Part shown: positions 27,131 to 39,454 of the stretch, piece by piece | Layout: each line of letters begins with the position of its first letter | Numbering within the stretch: the stretch's first letter is position 1 | Source: Vicugna vicugna | Taxonomy: Eukaryota | DNA length: 64,000 bases | Assembly: GCA_013265495.1 (NCBI GenBank) | Contig: MU057744.1 | Span: 248,001-312,000, forward strand | Direction: 5' to 3' | Notes under the pieces: model-generated | Seen by the model: only the letters and a program-made list of their open reading frames with translations | Told to the model about the DNA's origin: nothing | Databases searched by the model: none | Program-made: the position numbers and the translations under genes

Positions 27131-28231
27131 AAAAAGTGATGGTACACTACTTTCTGTAAGATTTTCTTCCTTTAAGTCATAGTAATGGCCCAGAGACTTC
27201 GACTCTACCACCTGACTGCCGACACTGTACTAAGCTGGAAAGACCCAGCAGACAGGGGAATGCAGAATTGTACATTTATCTCCAACCTAAATTCAGTACA
27301 TCTAATTATTCACATATAGATATTACCCTCAAAGTAAGACAAGCATTGTTTTAAAATTTTCTTTTTTGCCTTTTATTTTGTCCCTTACTCCTATTAACCA
27401 GCCTAAAACATGACCCTTAGTATACAAGGTAAACGTGAAGATTGTAACTCTGTAAACTGACCCTAACAGATCTGCATTTTACTTTCTAGTAAACTGTTTA
27501 CATGCTTTTATAAATTCATTTTTCCTTCCCAAACTTACATGCTGTCTCCAATCTTGGTATGAAAATAACCAGATTTCTAGAAACATGTATCTTTCATGGA
27601 AAACCTGAATGTCAAGATTTCCTGCACTCCTTAAAGAGCAGAAAAATAATACTTTTTATAACAAAAGTTCTCTCTTAAAGTTACGTTAAACACACTGATC
27701 AGTGTTTAAGTAGTTTAAGAGATAACAAATATACGTTCTTATTTTGATGTAAAATAAATGAAAATATTTCACTCATCTTGGGAACAAAAGCTAGTTATTT
27801 ACAGCTTACGTTTCATTCATTGTCCATTAGGTTTAAAGGAGGCCCAACTAAAAAGAAATAAATAATGGCACATTTTCTTTACTATTTTCTTTTATCTTTT
27901 ATATTCAAATTAAGTTACAAGCTAAAAATGATGCTTTGCACTTAGGTAATCAATACAAATTTGAAATAATTCTATTTGTAGTATATGCCTTACCAAAATC
28001 CACACCTTCCAGAATCTGCAACATATAAACAGCAAAAAGATTTTGATCCTTTTTGACCCACAGATGACTGTGGTGACATCTAACACAAAAGACTAGAGCA
28101 TGCTTCCCATGAATGTACAAACACTTTTGTTCTGTGACACCAGAATGAAGGCAGCGGCAGTCCTGCTTCTAAACAATTCATCAGGAATGAAGGTTTGCAA
28201 CTCTTTTAAATTTCCATTACTAAAAAATTAA

Positions 28232-28425
28232 TAGTTGACTGTTGAACAACCCTGGGGTTGGGGGCGCAGCTGAAAATCCCCTTACAACTTTAAAGCTGGC
28301 CTTCTGTATCTGCAGTTCCATATTCTCGGATTCAGCCAGCCACGGATTCTGTACGACTGTAGAATTTACTGAAAAAAATCCTTGGAGCTAAGCAGTTCCA
28401 ACCTGTGTTGTTCAAGGGTCCACTA
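28232..28425. mobile_element. Tigger2-type MITE
   Basis: Terminal inverted repeats tagttgactgttgaacaac and gttgttcaagggtccacta. Confidence 0.8.
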
Positions 28426-29429
28426 TACAGAGTATCTGTATTTTGTTTACAACCCACGTTCCACAGAGCAATATACCAGTTAGCATTTTTCATAAATGTA
28501 CAATATATCTTATAAATATATTTAATATATTAAAGTATGAATATTTATTTCCAAAATTTATGCAGCCCTAACTTCATCATAAATCCCAGTTTTCCAGTTA
28601 TTCAGCCAAAAAAATCTTGGTGTCCTCCTTGAGTTTCGTCTACATTCAGTCTGACAGGAACTGGCTCTACCTTCAGAGGACATCCAGAATCTGACCACCC
28701 CACACCCCCGCCATGGCAGCCGCCACCCTTTATTAACACAGCTTCTGCACCAGCCAGCTTCTATCTGGCAGACACGCCTGCAGCCTGTCTCTAACACAGC
28801 AGTCAGTGATCCTTTAAAAATACAATGAAATAAAAATAAAAATACAGTGAAAATTTGTCACTCTGTAATGAGACCGCATCGCTCTGCTATTCATACCCCA
28901 CAGTTGCTCTCGATTTTTGTCAGAGTGAAAGCCAAAATCCTTACAAGGGCCCTCAAGTTCCTAAGTGGTCTGATCTCATCTTCTGCACCCTCCACCTGCA
29001 TCCCCTTTAACTGGCTGACCCCGCCCACCCACTCCCGTTCTCTTCCTTCCTTCCTCCATCCTGCCACCCCACCTCTGTGCAGTCCTCTGAGGCCACATGT
29101 CTAAGTCCTTCACATCCTTCCCCGCAGTGCCTGCTGGACCACGCAGCAGTGCTGCAACCTGCCGGCCCGCCTGCCCCATCTCCCCTCTTCCTTCCCCACC
29201 ACTGATCACCTAACAACTTAGGCATCTACTTATTATGTTTATTCTTATTGGTCTGTCCCCCACCTAGCACGTGTCAAATAAATGCTGAATGAATTTTGAA
29301 AATGTCCCACTCCTTGTGGTCACTTGCCACAACAACACAAAACACTTGAAGTTAAACACTCGGCTCCCACCCACAGGCAGTGGTACCCCAAAAACTGAAA
29401 TGTTCACTCCTAAGACCCCCTCAAAATTG

Positions 29430-29922
29430 GAAATACCTGTTCACACAAAAGCTTGTAAACAAATGTTCATAGCAGCATTATTCATAAAAAGCAAAAAGCA
29501 GAAATAACCCACATGTCCAACAGCTAATAAATGGATTAACAAATGTGGTATATCCATAAAATGGAGTATCATTGAGCAATAAAAGGAATGAAGTACTGAC
29601 ATGCTACAAAATGTATGAACCTTGAAAATATTATGCTAAGTGAAAGAAGTCAAACACAAAAGGCCACATATGGTAGAGTCTGTGGCTTGTAAATGCCCAG
29701 AACTGGCAGCTCCTTAGCAAGTAGATCAGTGACTGCCAGGGGAGGGAGAGGCGAAGGGAGAACAGGGGTGATTATGGGTAACAGGGCTTCTTTGGGGGAA
29801 GACGGAAATGTTCTGGAGTTAGACGGTAGTGATGGATACACATCTTGTGAAACTACTAAGTACTGAATTGCACACTGAAAAGTGTGAATTTTATCTGATT
29901 TCCTAAAATTAAAAAAAAAAAC
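29430..29922 (+). mobile_element. L1MB-like 3' end
   Basis: aaatgttcatagcagcattattcat...gaaccttgaaaatattatgctaagtgaaagaag...A tail. Confidence 0.85.
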
Positions 29923-30543
29923 ATGAAAAGGATTGCTCAGCTCAGTGTTCACTACTCACTACAGGGAGGGCTAAGAGTGGGGAACTTCTTGGCTGTACTC
30001 AATTCCAAGTATTCCGTCCACCAACTAATTACAGCAAAAAGATTTTATTTAAAAGGGGCTGGGGTGGGGGCAGGGCAGAAGCAGCAGGCAGACCTTCCCC
30101 TCACATCCAATCCATTCAAATCCTACACCCCCACCTTGAATACTACCACCTCTCCCAGCTGGGCCACCAGCACCTCTCCCCAGCAGCAACCTGCACTGAC
30201 CCCCCCCCCCCACGCCGGCTCCCCGAGCCCGCGCTCTACAGCCACTTCACTCTTACTCAAGACCCTTCATTGACTTCCTGGCACACTCAGATTTTACTTA
30301 AAGTCCTTACCACAGCCCATGAGGCCCTACACTGTACTGGCCTTGTGACCTCTTCAGCCTCATCTCCTACCACTCCAGCCCCAAAGGCTGCCTTCCTGTT
30401 TCTTAAATATGCTGAGGTCCAACAGGCCGATCTAATCTAAAATAACAATGCTCCTTAACCCTAACTCCTCATCCGGATTCTGTTTTATTTCTCTTTATAG
30501 CACATATCACATCTTTTTGGTCTGGTGTCTGTCCACCCTAATA

Positions 30544-30897
30544 CAGTTGACCCTCGAACAACGTAGGGTTAAGGTTAGGGGCACTGACCCCCCTGTGCAG
30601 TGGAAAATTCGTGTACAACTTCTGACTCTCCCAAAACTTAACGACTCATAGCTCAATGTTGACCCAAAGCCTTATCGGTAACACAAACACAGGTCAATCC
30701 TAACAGTCGACTAACAGATTTCGTATGTGTATTATATTCTGTATTCTTACAATAAAGTAAGCTAGAGAAAAGAAAATATTATTAAAATCATAAGAAAGAG
30801 AAAACACATTTACAGAACTTTTATGTATTTACTGAAAAAAAGTCCATGTCTAAGTGGAACTGTGCAGCTCAAATCCATGTGGTTCAAAGGTCAACTG
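30544..30897. mobile_element. Tigger2a-like element
   Basis: TA|cagttgaccctcgaac ... gttcaaaggtcaactg|TA: TIRs with TA target duplication. Confidence 0.88.
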
Positions 30898-33800
30898 TAG
30901 ACAGTAAGGTCCACAAGTGTGAGAACGCGTGTTCACTACTGTGGCCTCAGTACCAAGAACCACGTCTGGCACAAGGAAAGCATGCAATATCTCTTTAATG
31001 ACTGAATTTACAAGCTGAGTTAACAAAAACATGCTCGTCAGTGAACTATGTACTCATACAGCACACTTTTTAAAATTACAATAGGCAAAGAATCAGAAAT
31101 TTGGACAGAGAACAGATCAGTATGTTACAAAAGTACCTGTTCATCAAAAAGACCACAGATTTATAGCAAAGAATACACTTGCCATGTATGGATCTAAATC
31201 TCTTGGAATATCATCTACTAGGTTAACATTCACATTGGATTAACCACGCCTCTGACTCCTCATCCTACCTGCTCTCTTAGTCCCACATCTTAATTAGTAA
31301 GTCCACTTGGATGTGGACCTCCTATAGGTGCCTTAAATAAGCAAAACCTCATTCATGTTTAGTCCAATGACAACAGGATTCAAGTGACAGTTGTATCTCT
31401 TCTGTGAAACCTCGGTCTTCCTCCTATCCCAGGGCAACTTACTAGTCCTGAACTCTGCTTCCTAGGTATCGCAGATCTAGTCCCTCGGTTCCACTCCCAT
31501 AGCATTACTTCAAGCCCTATTCACTTCTCACTTCGGCTTACCACATGTAATCTCCAGACTTTCCATTCAGATCCCCCTTTCGATGTACTCACTATAACAC
31601 TACCAAAGTGATCTGTCTGCAGTACAAACCCAGCATCTCTGCCTTCGGTGGTTCCATGAAGCCTTCCAAAAAATTCTCAACTCCCTAACTTAACTTCATC
31701 CCTCATCACTGCCCTCCTATTTCCACCCTAAATACGTCATGCTTGAAGTTAATCCAGCCACACTGTACTACTTACAGTTTCCAGACACATCATCTTGTTT
31801 TTTTCCCTTTATTTTCCAATATGTTGCCCCCTCTCTGAAACACTCTTTTCTACTCCTCCTTGCCTAGCCAGAGCTTAAACTCTCAGCTGAGATGTCAGTT
31901 CCACCAAAGGACTTTCCATGGCTCTCTGCTTTAGGTGTCCTCTTCTGTCCTCCCACTGCACTTACCACAAACACTGCATGTTGCAAAAAAAATAGCCTTA
32001 TAATTCAATATGTGCTGTTTGCTTTATTTTTCTGTCTTCTACTAAATTGTGAGCTCCCTGAGAGCAGGTCTGCTCACATATTTACCTTCAGTCCACACTG
32101 CCTGACACGCGGAAGGGGTAGTTGTTATATGACTGATTTACAAAAGGAGGGAAGAAGGGAGATGGGGAGAGGGAGGGAGAGGGAGCCAGAGAGAGGAAAG
32201 GGAGAAGGAAGGGGGGAAGGAAGGGGAGAGGGACTGAGAACAGGCACACAAGCAAAGGGCATTAAAAAAGGCATCTGAAATCAATCCGTTATTTTCATAT
32301 GGCCTCAGCCAGCGATTACTGAAGAGAGAATGGTACATCAGACAAAGCCCATCTCCCCAGATCTAAGTACCACCATCTAAATCACCTCATCTCTTAAGAT
32401 TCTGCAAAGTCCAGTCTATTAAACCCATTTCCACTCGAAAATTTACTGTAGCATAATGAGACGTTAATAACATGCACGATATAAAAGCAAAACAAAAAGT
32501 TTTAGCTAGAAAAAAAAAAGGAAATGAATTTGACATAATTAAGTCTTAGTATTATTTATAAACTTTAATAACCCATCATTTCCTGATACTGTGCTATCAC
32601 TGACTTTGAAAGGTTTATCAAAAGTATGAAAAATAAATCCAACATAACACCAACATTATGATCTAGCTTAAACACAAAACTGCTTTTATGTTAGTCATAT
32701 TTCTCAAAAACACTAGGTAAAAATATCACATGACAGAGTATACTAGTCAGGAAAGGGGCTTTATTTACTTAAATACATTCCTGAAGGTAGTGCCACAGGA
32801 AAATTGCTTCTAAAACATACAGCACTTAAAAAATGATATACAAATTTTTCTTTGTTTTGGGACTTTAAAGCAATAACCAAAAATGTATTACTACACACTT
32901 TTTCAATTACTTCAATACACTGCCACTTAATAAAATTTAAATTTCTGACTAATAGGAACTTAAAAGCTTGCTTCAAAGTACAAATCTGGTAAGATACGAT
33001 GATTGGCATGAATTCTTCTAAAGCTCCGTTGTCACAATACAGAAATTGGAAACACACAAAAAAAAAGAAATTTAGGCCCAATATAATCAACACTACATAC
33101 TTTCTGAATGGTGATTTTGTTTTAACAAAATACCAATCATGGGCAGCCTCTCAACTTTTACCACATAAAAAATTAAGCTGTAAGAAATAAGCTAAGATTT
33201 TAGCTTCCCAAAGAGAGGACTTAACTATAATTATAATAACATGAAGTTCTTCTTGTACAAAATTAGAAGATTGTTTTAATAATTCTTTCCCTTTAATATT
33301 ACTAGTAACTATTTTTAAAGGCAGCAATAATGGAAATGCTGAGGACTTAAAATTAGTAGTTCTAAAATGATACTAAAAAATTTGCATTTGCCTAATACTA
33401 TGAAACTTTCAAGGCTAAAGTTTCCAACATACTTTCATTTTTTTAAACAGATACGTTAAAAAAAAAAAAAAGACATGAAAGGAAGAGAGAAAAGAAAAGA
33501 AAGTTTAAAATCTAGAAGACCTTCAACTTACAACATTTCTTTTCACCAAATACTAAGAGTACCCAAGATGTGCCAGGCACTACCCTGGGAACTGTGACAG
33601 ATTACAACATTTATTCAAAACTAAAACTTGTATTATTCACCTTCTGAATGTTTTATATTTCAATCCAACATTTTTCTTAAGAAATTCTCATCCAACACCA
33701 GAGAAGATACATTTTCCTAATAAATTTGTCACCATTTCACACGGGTCACAGAAGTTGCAGCTAGCATCCGTGACTAACAAAAGGAATTCATTCCTGAAAT

Positions 33801-35029
33801 ATCACTAATTATTTTTTCATTTACATGAAAGTGAAAGTCATTCAGCAGATATAAACTGCTTCAGAGTTTATAGCACCCCACACTCAAAAAGAAAAAAAAA
33901 CTGGACTAAATCTAATTACTGTGTATAGCTGATAAATATTTAAGTAGTCATGGCTTTCACTTTCTACCATAAACACACACATTACGAACTTTATTTAGAT
34001 GCAGTACCATAAAAGCAGTCCTGATTCTGAAGAGAAGCAAAGTAAATTTTTTTAAAATAGTTCAAATAAACTGTCAAAAGTAGATGAAATTTGCATTTTT
34101 ACATTCTAGCTGTTGCAATTCTACACTTGTGATTACATACACCCTTTCAAACACTTCTGAATTTGTAATGGATGAAAAAATATCTGCTAATCTCTAAGTT
34201 CCACCAGTTGAATCAGACATTTCCGATAGCTAAGGCTTTTCATCCTAAAGTGCATGAAAAAATGTGACAGCATTCAATTACACATTCGCTAAAGTGAAAA
34301 AACCACCTGTACTTTTATGACCATAATTTCTTCCACCATTTAAGCAAATTGTACTTTTTAGACAATATCCTCCATTCGGTTCACGTGCTTACATTTAAGA
34401 GGAACCTGGCCATCCGCTTTTCACATGGATTTTATCACAATGCGATACAGCATCTGATAATTCACAGACCAAATGGATCGGTAAAGGAGAATAAACCACA
34501 GAATCCTAAGTCCCTGCAAATACAAGATACAACTGCTATCTCTGAGTTGTGCAAAGACCACCAAAATTTTCTCTTTAAAAACCTTCCGATTAAGATTATG
34601 CTGGATTTCGCTCGTCAAATAGGTCTGCGAAAAATTCACGGTACTGCACGCATCGCACGACAAATTAGATTTTCTTTCATCCAGCCTAACAGATAGAACC
34701 ACAATACAGTTCAGTTTCTCGAGTCAGATTACTTGACCTGCTTTTCAAACACTTGAATTCGTGCAGTTATTCCTAACACCCCCCTGCAAAAAGAGACGTT
34801 CTCTACGGGAAAACTGTCCTTGGTGAGATACCCTGTAACCGGCTCCAACTCGGCAGCGAAGCCCACCGACTCCCGCGCCAGCTGACCCCCGGCCCCGGGA
34901 AGCGCTTGGGCTCCGGCCTCCGCACACACCTCTCTCGGCGGAACTCGGGGGCCCCACGCGTGACTGCGATCAGACCCTACTTCCTGAATTCCCTACGCCC
35001 TGGGGTTCCTTTTCTGGAGGTGAGCCTAC

Positions 35030-35035
35030 CTTCAT
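35030..35035 (-). CDS. ARID4B: ARID4B first two codons (Met-Lys) at the end of exon 2 (35084-35030)
   Basis: Minus strand reads tttgtttctcctccag|GTGCAG...CACC-ATG-AAG|gtaggc: strong acceptor, good Kozak, donor. ARID4B is the known head-to-head neighbour of GGPS1 and its coding sequence opens with a short MK segment. Confidence 0.85.
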
Positions 35036-35956
35036 GGTGATTCCGGGACCGCGATCCCCTGGAAAACACCGGGTTCACCTGCACCTGGAGGAGAAACAAA
35101 AGACACCCAGTCAGCGCCACCGGCACCCCCTGCGCCGGCGCCGACGGGGGACCCCAAAAAGGGCCCAAGGAAGCGTCGGCCCCGATCCCGAACGCCGACT
35201 CGGGGCTCCCGGGCCTCGCCACCCCTCACACGCAGCCGCCCACACGGCTCGAGGCTCGGCTTCCCCATTGTCGGGACCGACGGAGTTTCCCGTCCCCGAC
35301 GATGACGCCATTTCTGTCAGAGAAGAAACTCACAAGCCGCCCGGGGTCCGGCGCGGGGCCGCCTGCTCCCTCCCCCGCCGGCCTCCCGCTCCGAGGGGCC
35401 GCGCACCGCGTCCGAGCCGAGCAGGCCGGGCCTCGCTCGGGGCCCGGCGGCCTGACCCGACGCGCAGCCTCTGCCCACGGCCCGCTCCGAGGCGGAGACC
35501 CCACAAGTGGCCGCGGGGCCGGGAGGCGGCAGCCCCCCCGACACCGGCCCAGGGCCCCCCACCGCGGCCGCCGGGCGCTAAAGCGCTGAGTGTGCGGCCG
35601 CTGGGCTGGGGGGGCAATCGGACTCGGCGACTGCAGCGGAGAGCGGGCGGGGGCCCCCGGAGGCCGCGGCCCCGAATTCGGGCGCCCGCGGAGACCACCA
35701 CCGCCATCTGCCCCTGCCCCTCGGCCGGGCCCAGGGACTCCCCCCAAAGACCCCCTGACGAGACCGCGAAGCCCCAGGAAACATCCCTACCTTCCTGGGA
35801 GGCGAGCTCTGACCCTGGCACGTCCGGAGTCCCCTCCCCGGCTCCCCCCCAAAACCAGCAGGCCCGGGGGAGAGATGGGGGAAGAAGGGCGGCGGGTCCA
35901 GCGGTTGCTGAGGCTGAAACTCCGGCTCCTCCTCCTCCCGCGGCGGCGACTGGTAC

Positions 35957-36380
35957 CTTTGTTTGGCGGCCGCTCGGGCTCCCTCGCTGGGGGGAGGGGG
36001 GACGACGAAAAATCCCTCCCGGACTGGAGGTCCGGGCCCCCAGTCGCGCTGCCCTCCAGAGGACGGCGGCGACGGACCCTCTGCGGCTTCCTCCAGGCAA
36101 AGGTCCAGGCGGTGGCCGTGGCGGCGGCAAGCTTAAGCTCAAGAGTCTCCCTCCGCTCCAGCACCCGAGCTCCTCACTCCGGACTCGACTGACGGGCAAA
36201 CATCGCTTCCCCCCCCAACCCCAAGTCCCCCCTTCCCTTCTCTCTCCCCTCCCCTAGACTTTTTCCCCTCCCCTACCTCTTTCCCGGATGGCCTCTTAGA
36301 CGACCTCCGATTGGCTAGGCTTCTTTAGAACCCGCCTACTCCCTGTTCCTATTGGTCATCGGGATACAAACAACGACGCC
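35957..36380 (-). other. ARID4B: ARID4B non-coding exon 1 (5' end approximate)
   Basis: CpG island; donor CAAAG|gtacca at 35957/35956. Other possible donors after 35791 (AAG|gtaggg) and 35334 (|gtgagt). Confidence 0.6.
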
Positions 36381-36620
36381 ATTTTCCCACCAGTTCTATG
36401 GAAACAGAAAGTTACGCCCCAAAGCTTCCCGGGAAATGTAGTCCAGCCTCTGGGGCCACTGCGCCAGGTCTTGCACAGAAGAACTGCAAGGCCCGCCATG
36501 CCCCGCGCCTACGTGAAACGGGAGGGGGGAGGGGCGGGGCAATCAGGCAGAAGGGAGGCGGCAACGACGCCTGCGCATTGTGAGCGGGATGGCGCATTTT
36601 CTTGCACCGAGTAATGCGGT
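36300..36620. promoter_or_regulatory. Bidirectional TATA-less core promoter of ARID4B/GGPS1
   Basis: YY1-type CGCCATTTT 36377-36385; GGGAAATGTAGT 36431-36442 (reverse ACTACATTTCCC, ZNF143/THAP11-type); GC box GGGGCGGGGC 36531-36540; ATTGG at 36310 and 36351; NRF1-like GCCTGCGCA near 36569. Confidence 0.85.
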
Positions 36621-36785
36621 GTCGCTGGCGGCTGAGGAGGGCGGAGAGTTGTTTCGTGAAGTAGGAGGGAGGATTCATGGAGGGGTCAGGAGGACCCCGG
36701 GTCTGAACGATAAGGTGGGAAGTTGACGCTGGGTACTGCTGCTGCCGTCCCCGCGGCGTGAAAGTTGTGATATCATCCTCGAACC
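36620..36785 (+). other. GGPS1: GGPS1 non-coding exon 1 (5' end approximate)
   Basis: Within the CpG island just downstream of the promoter motifs; strong donor GAACC|gtgagt at 36785/36786. Confidence 0.8.
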
Positions 36786-38039
36786 GTGAGTGGCTGTGGT
36801 GGCGGCTGAGGGGAACCCGGATGGGGAGGCGGGTGGGGGAGGCTGGGGGCGGAGCCGACGGGAAAGAAAGAGAGGAGGGTGAGGACCCGGATGCTGAACC
36901 GGATTGTGTACGAATTTTCCATCCTCTGGCTGGAGACGGGGAGGAGCTGGGGGGCGGAGAGGGCGGAGGGGGCGCCTAAGCGGGGAGGAGTTGGACCCTC
37001 GTCGACCCTGCCCGTCGGCCCAGCCTCGTGAAAACCTGCCTCGAAGTCTTTAAATTCCCTTCCCGTCTTCCTCAGGCAGGCTTCTTCAGACCCGTCACCT
37101 CCCGGAGTCTGAGTGGAAGGGTTCGCTCTGCGCTGCACGGCCGCGCTTACATCTGTGTGTCTTTTTAGCAGTTCTCAGACCCTTCGCTTAAAAAAATATT
37201 TTGCGTATTTTCACGTTTTATTTGCCACCGGGTGCCCTTATTTCATCCTCTTACTCGTTGGGAGGCACTGTCCTCTCGTTCCTTCGTTCCTTTCGTCCTT
37301 TGCGTATTTGAACGCTTACCAGGTGGGAGAACGGGTCTGGCCCAGCCTTCGTGGACCCGAGCCTGGGGAGACAGGCAGATACCCAGCGAGGTGGACACTC
37401 GAGGGAGTGAGGTGCTGCAACAGTTCTGAGTGCTGCCAAGCAGAGCTCCGTGGGGCCAGCACTATTGGAAATAGGGGATTTTCCCTCCGAACAGAAGGGA
37501 AGGCTTTCCTGAGCAAGTGAGGCTCAAGCTGAGAGCGGAAGGGTTAGCGGGAGTTTTAACTAAAGAAAGGACATTCCAGACAAAAAATACCGTATTGGAA
37601 AGCCTTCGGTCCAGAGGGAGCTTTTTTTAAATTATAAGGAAGTGAGGCTGGAGGGGAGGGAGGGTGCCCGCCGACCTTGATATGCTTTGTTGCGCGGGGA
37701 GGTGTATCACTATTTAAGAGCAATGGAGTATCTTCAGAGGGATCTCACTCGGAAGGGAGATAGGACCAGATTTGAATTTGGAAAAGATCACTAGCTTTAG
37801 AGTAGAAGATAGATCAGTGGAATTGGGTTAGAGGAGCGAGTGCAGGGAGCCCAGACAGGAAGTTTTTGCTTAAGTAGCCCACACAAAGGAGAGAATCTGG
37901 TTTTGTATTCATTAATATTCATCATCCGTGGTTTGAACAAGTTTAAGGCAGTTTCCCAGTTTTGAAAATGAGTAGTTTCAGACTCTTATAGAGGCATTCA
38001 GTGGTTGTTACTCGGTCAGAAAGTGAATTAGTAGAGTTC

Positions 38040-38191
38040 AAAACCTTCTGTATAGCACAGGGAACTATACTCAATTTCTTGTAATAAACTATAACAAAAG
38101 AATCTGAAAATATATGTATATGTACAACTGAATCGCTTTTCTTTGCACCTGAAACTAACATTGTAAGTCAACTACCTTTCAATAAAAAAAA
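38040..38191 (+). mobile_element. L1 3' tail fragment
   Basis: tatagcacagggaactatactcaa...caataaaaaaaa, homologous to 7990-8140 in this window. Confidence 0.85.
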
Positions 38192-38868
38192 TGTTTTTAA
38201 CAGATAATAAAAGAATAAGGTAATCTATGTCAAAATTTAAACAATGTAGGTAATAGGTTACTAAACTAGTATTCGTATTATTTCAAAATATTTTCTCAAC
38301 TTTTTTTCCCTTGCGACTCACTTAGTATTAACTGTTGGTCAAGGCAGATGTAGACATTTTCGAAACAGAAGGTTTCTCTTTGGATTCATGTTGCTAAAAT
38401 TATTTCCTCTGGGAAGTGCTGATTTTTTATGATTATTTCACCTAGATACTCAAGAGTAGACCACAGAAGACACACTTTTCAATCTTTAGGCTCATGATCC
38501 TAGAGATCAAATCATTGTCCCAAGAAGCAAAAGGAAGTAGACAAAGGTGAGAAACCTTCTAAAATGTGCCAGATATCAGAGCTGATAAAAATGAAGACTT
38601 CTAACAGGAGGACAAACAAAAATAGCAAGAGATTGTTTACAAAGGAATAGTAGAGATTCAGTAGTAAAGGAGGACTCTAGGAAAACCATGAGTGATGTTC
38701 TAAGAAATATTGAAGTAAATATAAAATCAGAAAAATAAATCACTATGGGGACTATTTTTAATGATATAATTTCATTCAAGTTAATGCATGTCTTAATCAG
38801 AATTTCTGAGATGGATTTATTGTGAAGAAAATACAGAAGAGGAATTTTCCCCTTCTATTTTAAATATA

Positions 38869-39093
38869 CAGTTAACCCTTGAACAATATCAGTTTGAATT
38901 GCACAGCTCCACTTATACACGGATTTTTTAAAAAGAAATACTATAATAGTACACAATTTGCAATTGGCTGAATCTTTGAATACAGAATCGGGTATGGAGG
39001 GCCAACTGTGAAATAATATTCAGGTTTTCAGCTGCTGGGGTGGTTCTGAGGGTATTGGTGCCCCTAAACCCCATGCTGTTGAAGGGTCAAATG
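38869..39093. mobile_element. Tigger2-type MITE (opposite orientation to the 28232 copy)
   Basis: TA|cagttaacccttgaacaa ... tgttgaagggtcaaatg|TA. Confidence 0.85.
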
Positions 39094-39250
39094 TATAAAA
39101 CAGTCATTTTAATGCTCATAGAAAAGTCTGTTTACTCATTTATGTGATCAGTCAAATATAGGAGTATCTAGTTCTGTGGGTTTGTTTTGACATTGGTGTC
39201 AAAAAAAATTTTAAGCCTTTTATGGTTGATTAAAATAGGAAAGGCTTTTT

Positions 39251-39355
39251 TCTTCATTTCATATCTTTTTCCCTTAATGGAGGCACCAGGGGTTGAACAC
39301 GTGACCTCATCCATGCCAAGCATGCACTCTACCACTGAGCTATACCCCCACCCCC
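39251..39355 (-). mobile_element. tRNA-Ala-derived SINE with 14-bp TSD
   Basis: aggaaaggcttttt at 39237-39250 and 39356-39369. Confidence 0.9.
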
Positions 39356-39454
39356 AGGAAAGGCTTTTTAATATAAGCTTTCTAATTAATGAAACCACTT
39401 ACAATCCAGGTGAACACTTTGACCAATGTAATCACCTAAATGAAGCCTTTCCTT

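Larger units (their letters stand above)
28560..32140. mobile_element. Cluster of L2 fragments interrupted by younger elements
   Basis: catccagaatctgaccacc, cagagtgaaagccaaaatccttacaag, aaattgtgagctccctgagagcagg and similar L2 3' motifs. Confidence 0.65.
1..35029 (-). other. ARID4B: ARID4B intron 2 (continues beyond the left edge)
   Basis: Follows the exon 2 donor; no ARID4B Tudor-domain coding exon recognised in 1-35029; repeat-rich. Confidence 0.75.
34600..37320. promoter_or_regulatory. CpG island over the ARID4B/GGPS1 5' ends
   Basis: Very high GC and CpG density compared with the CpG-depleted flanks. Confidence 0.95.

Noticed and set aside
32143..32232. Purine-rich GA tract, and other simple repeats (8225 CAAAAC, 16890 GATCCTAAT, 54327 CAGC)
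   Set aside because: Ordinary low-complexity sequence.
35034..36257. 407-aa plus-strand ORF and several overlapping 170-290 aa ORFs on both strands
   Set aside because: Pro/Arg/Gly/Ala-rich with no recognisable domain; expected from stop-codon scarcity in a CpG island; they overlap ARID4B exons 1-2.
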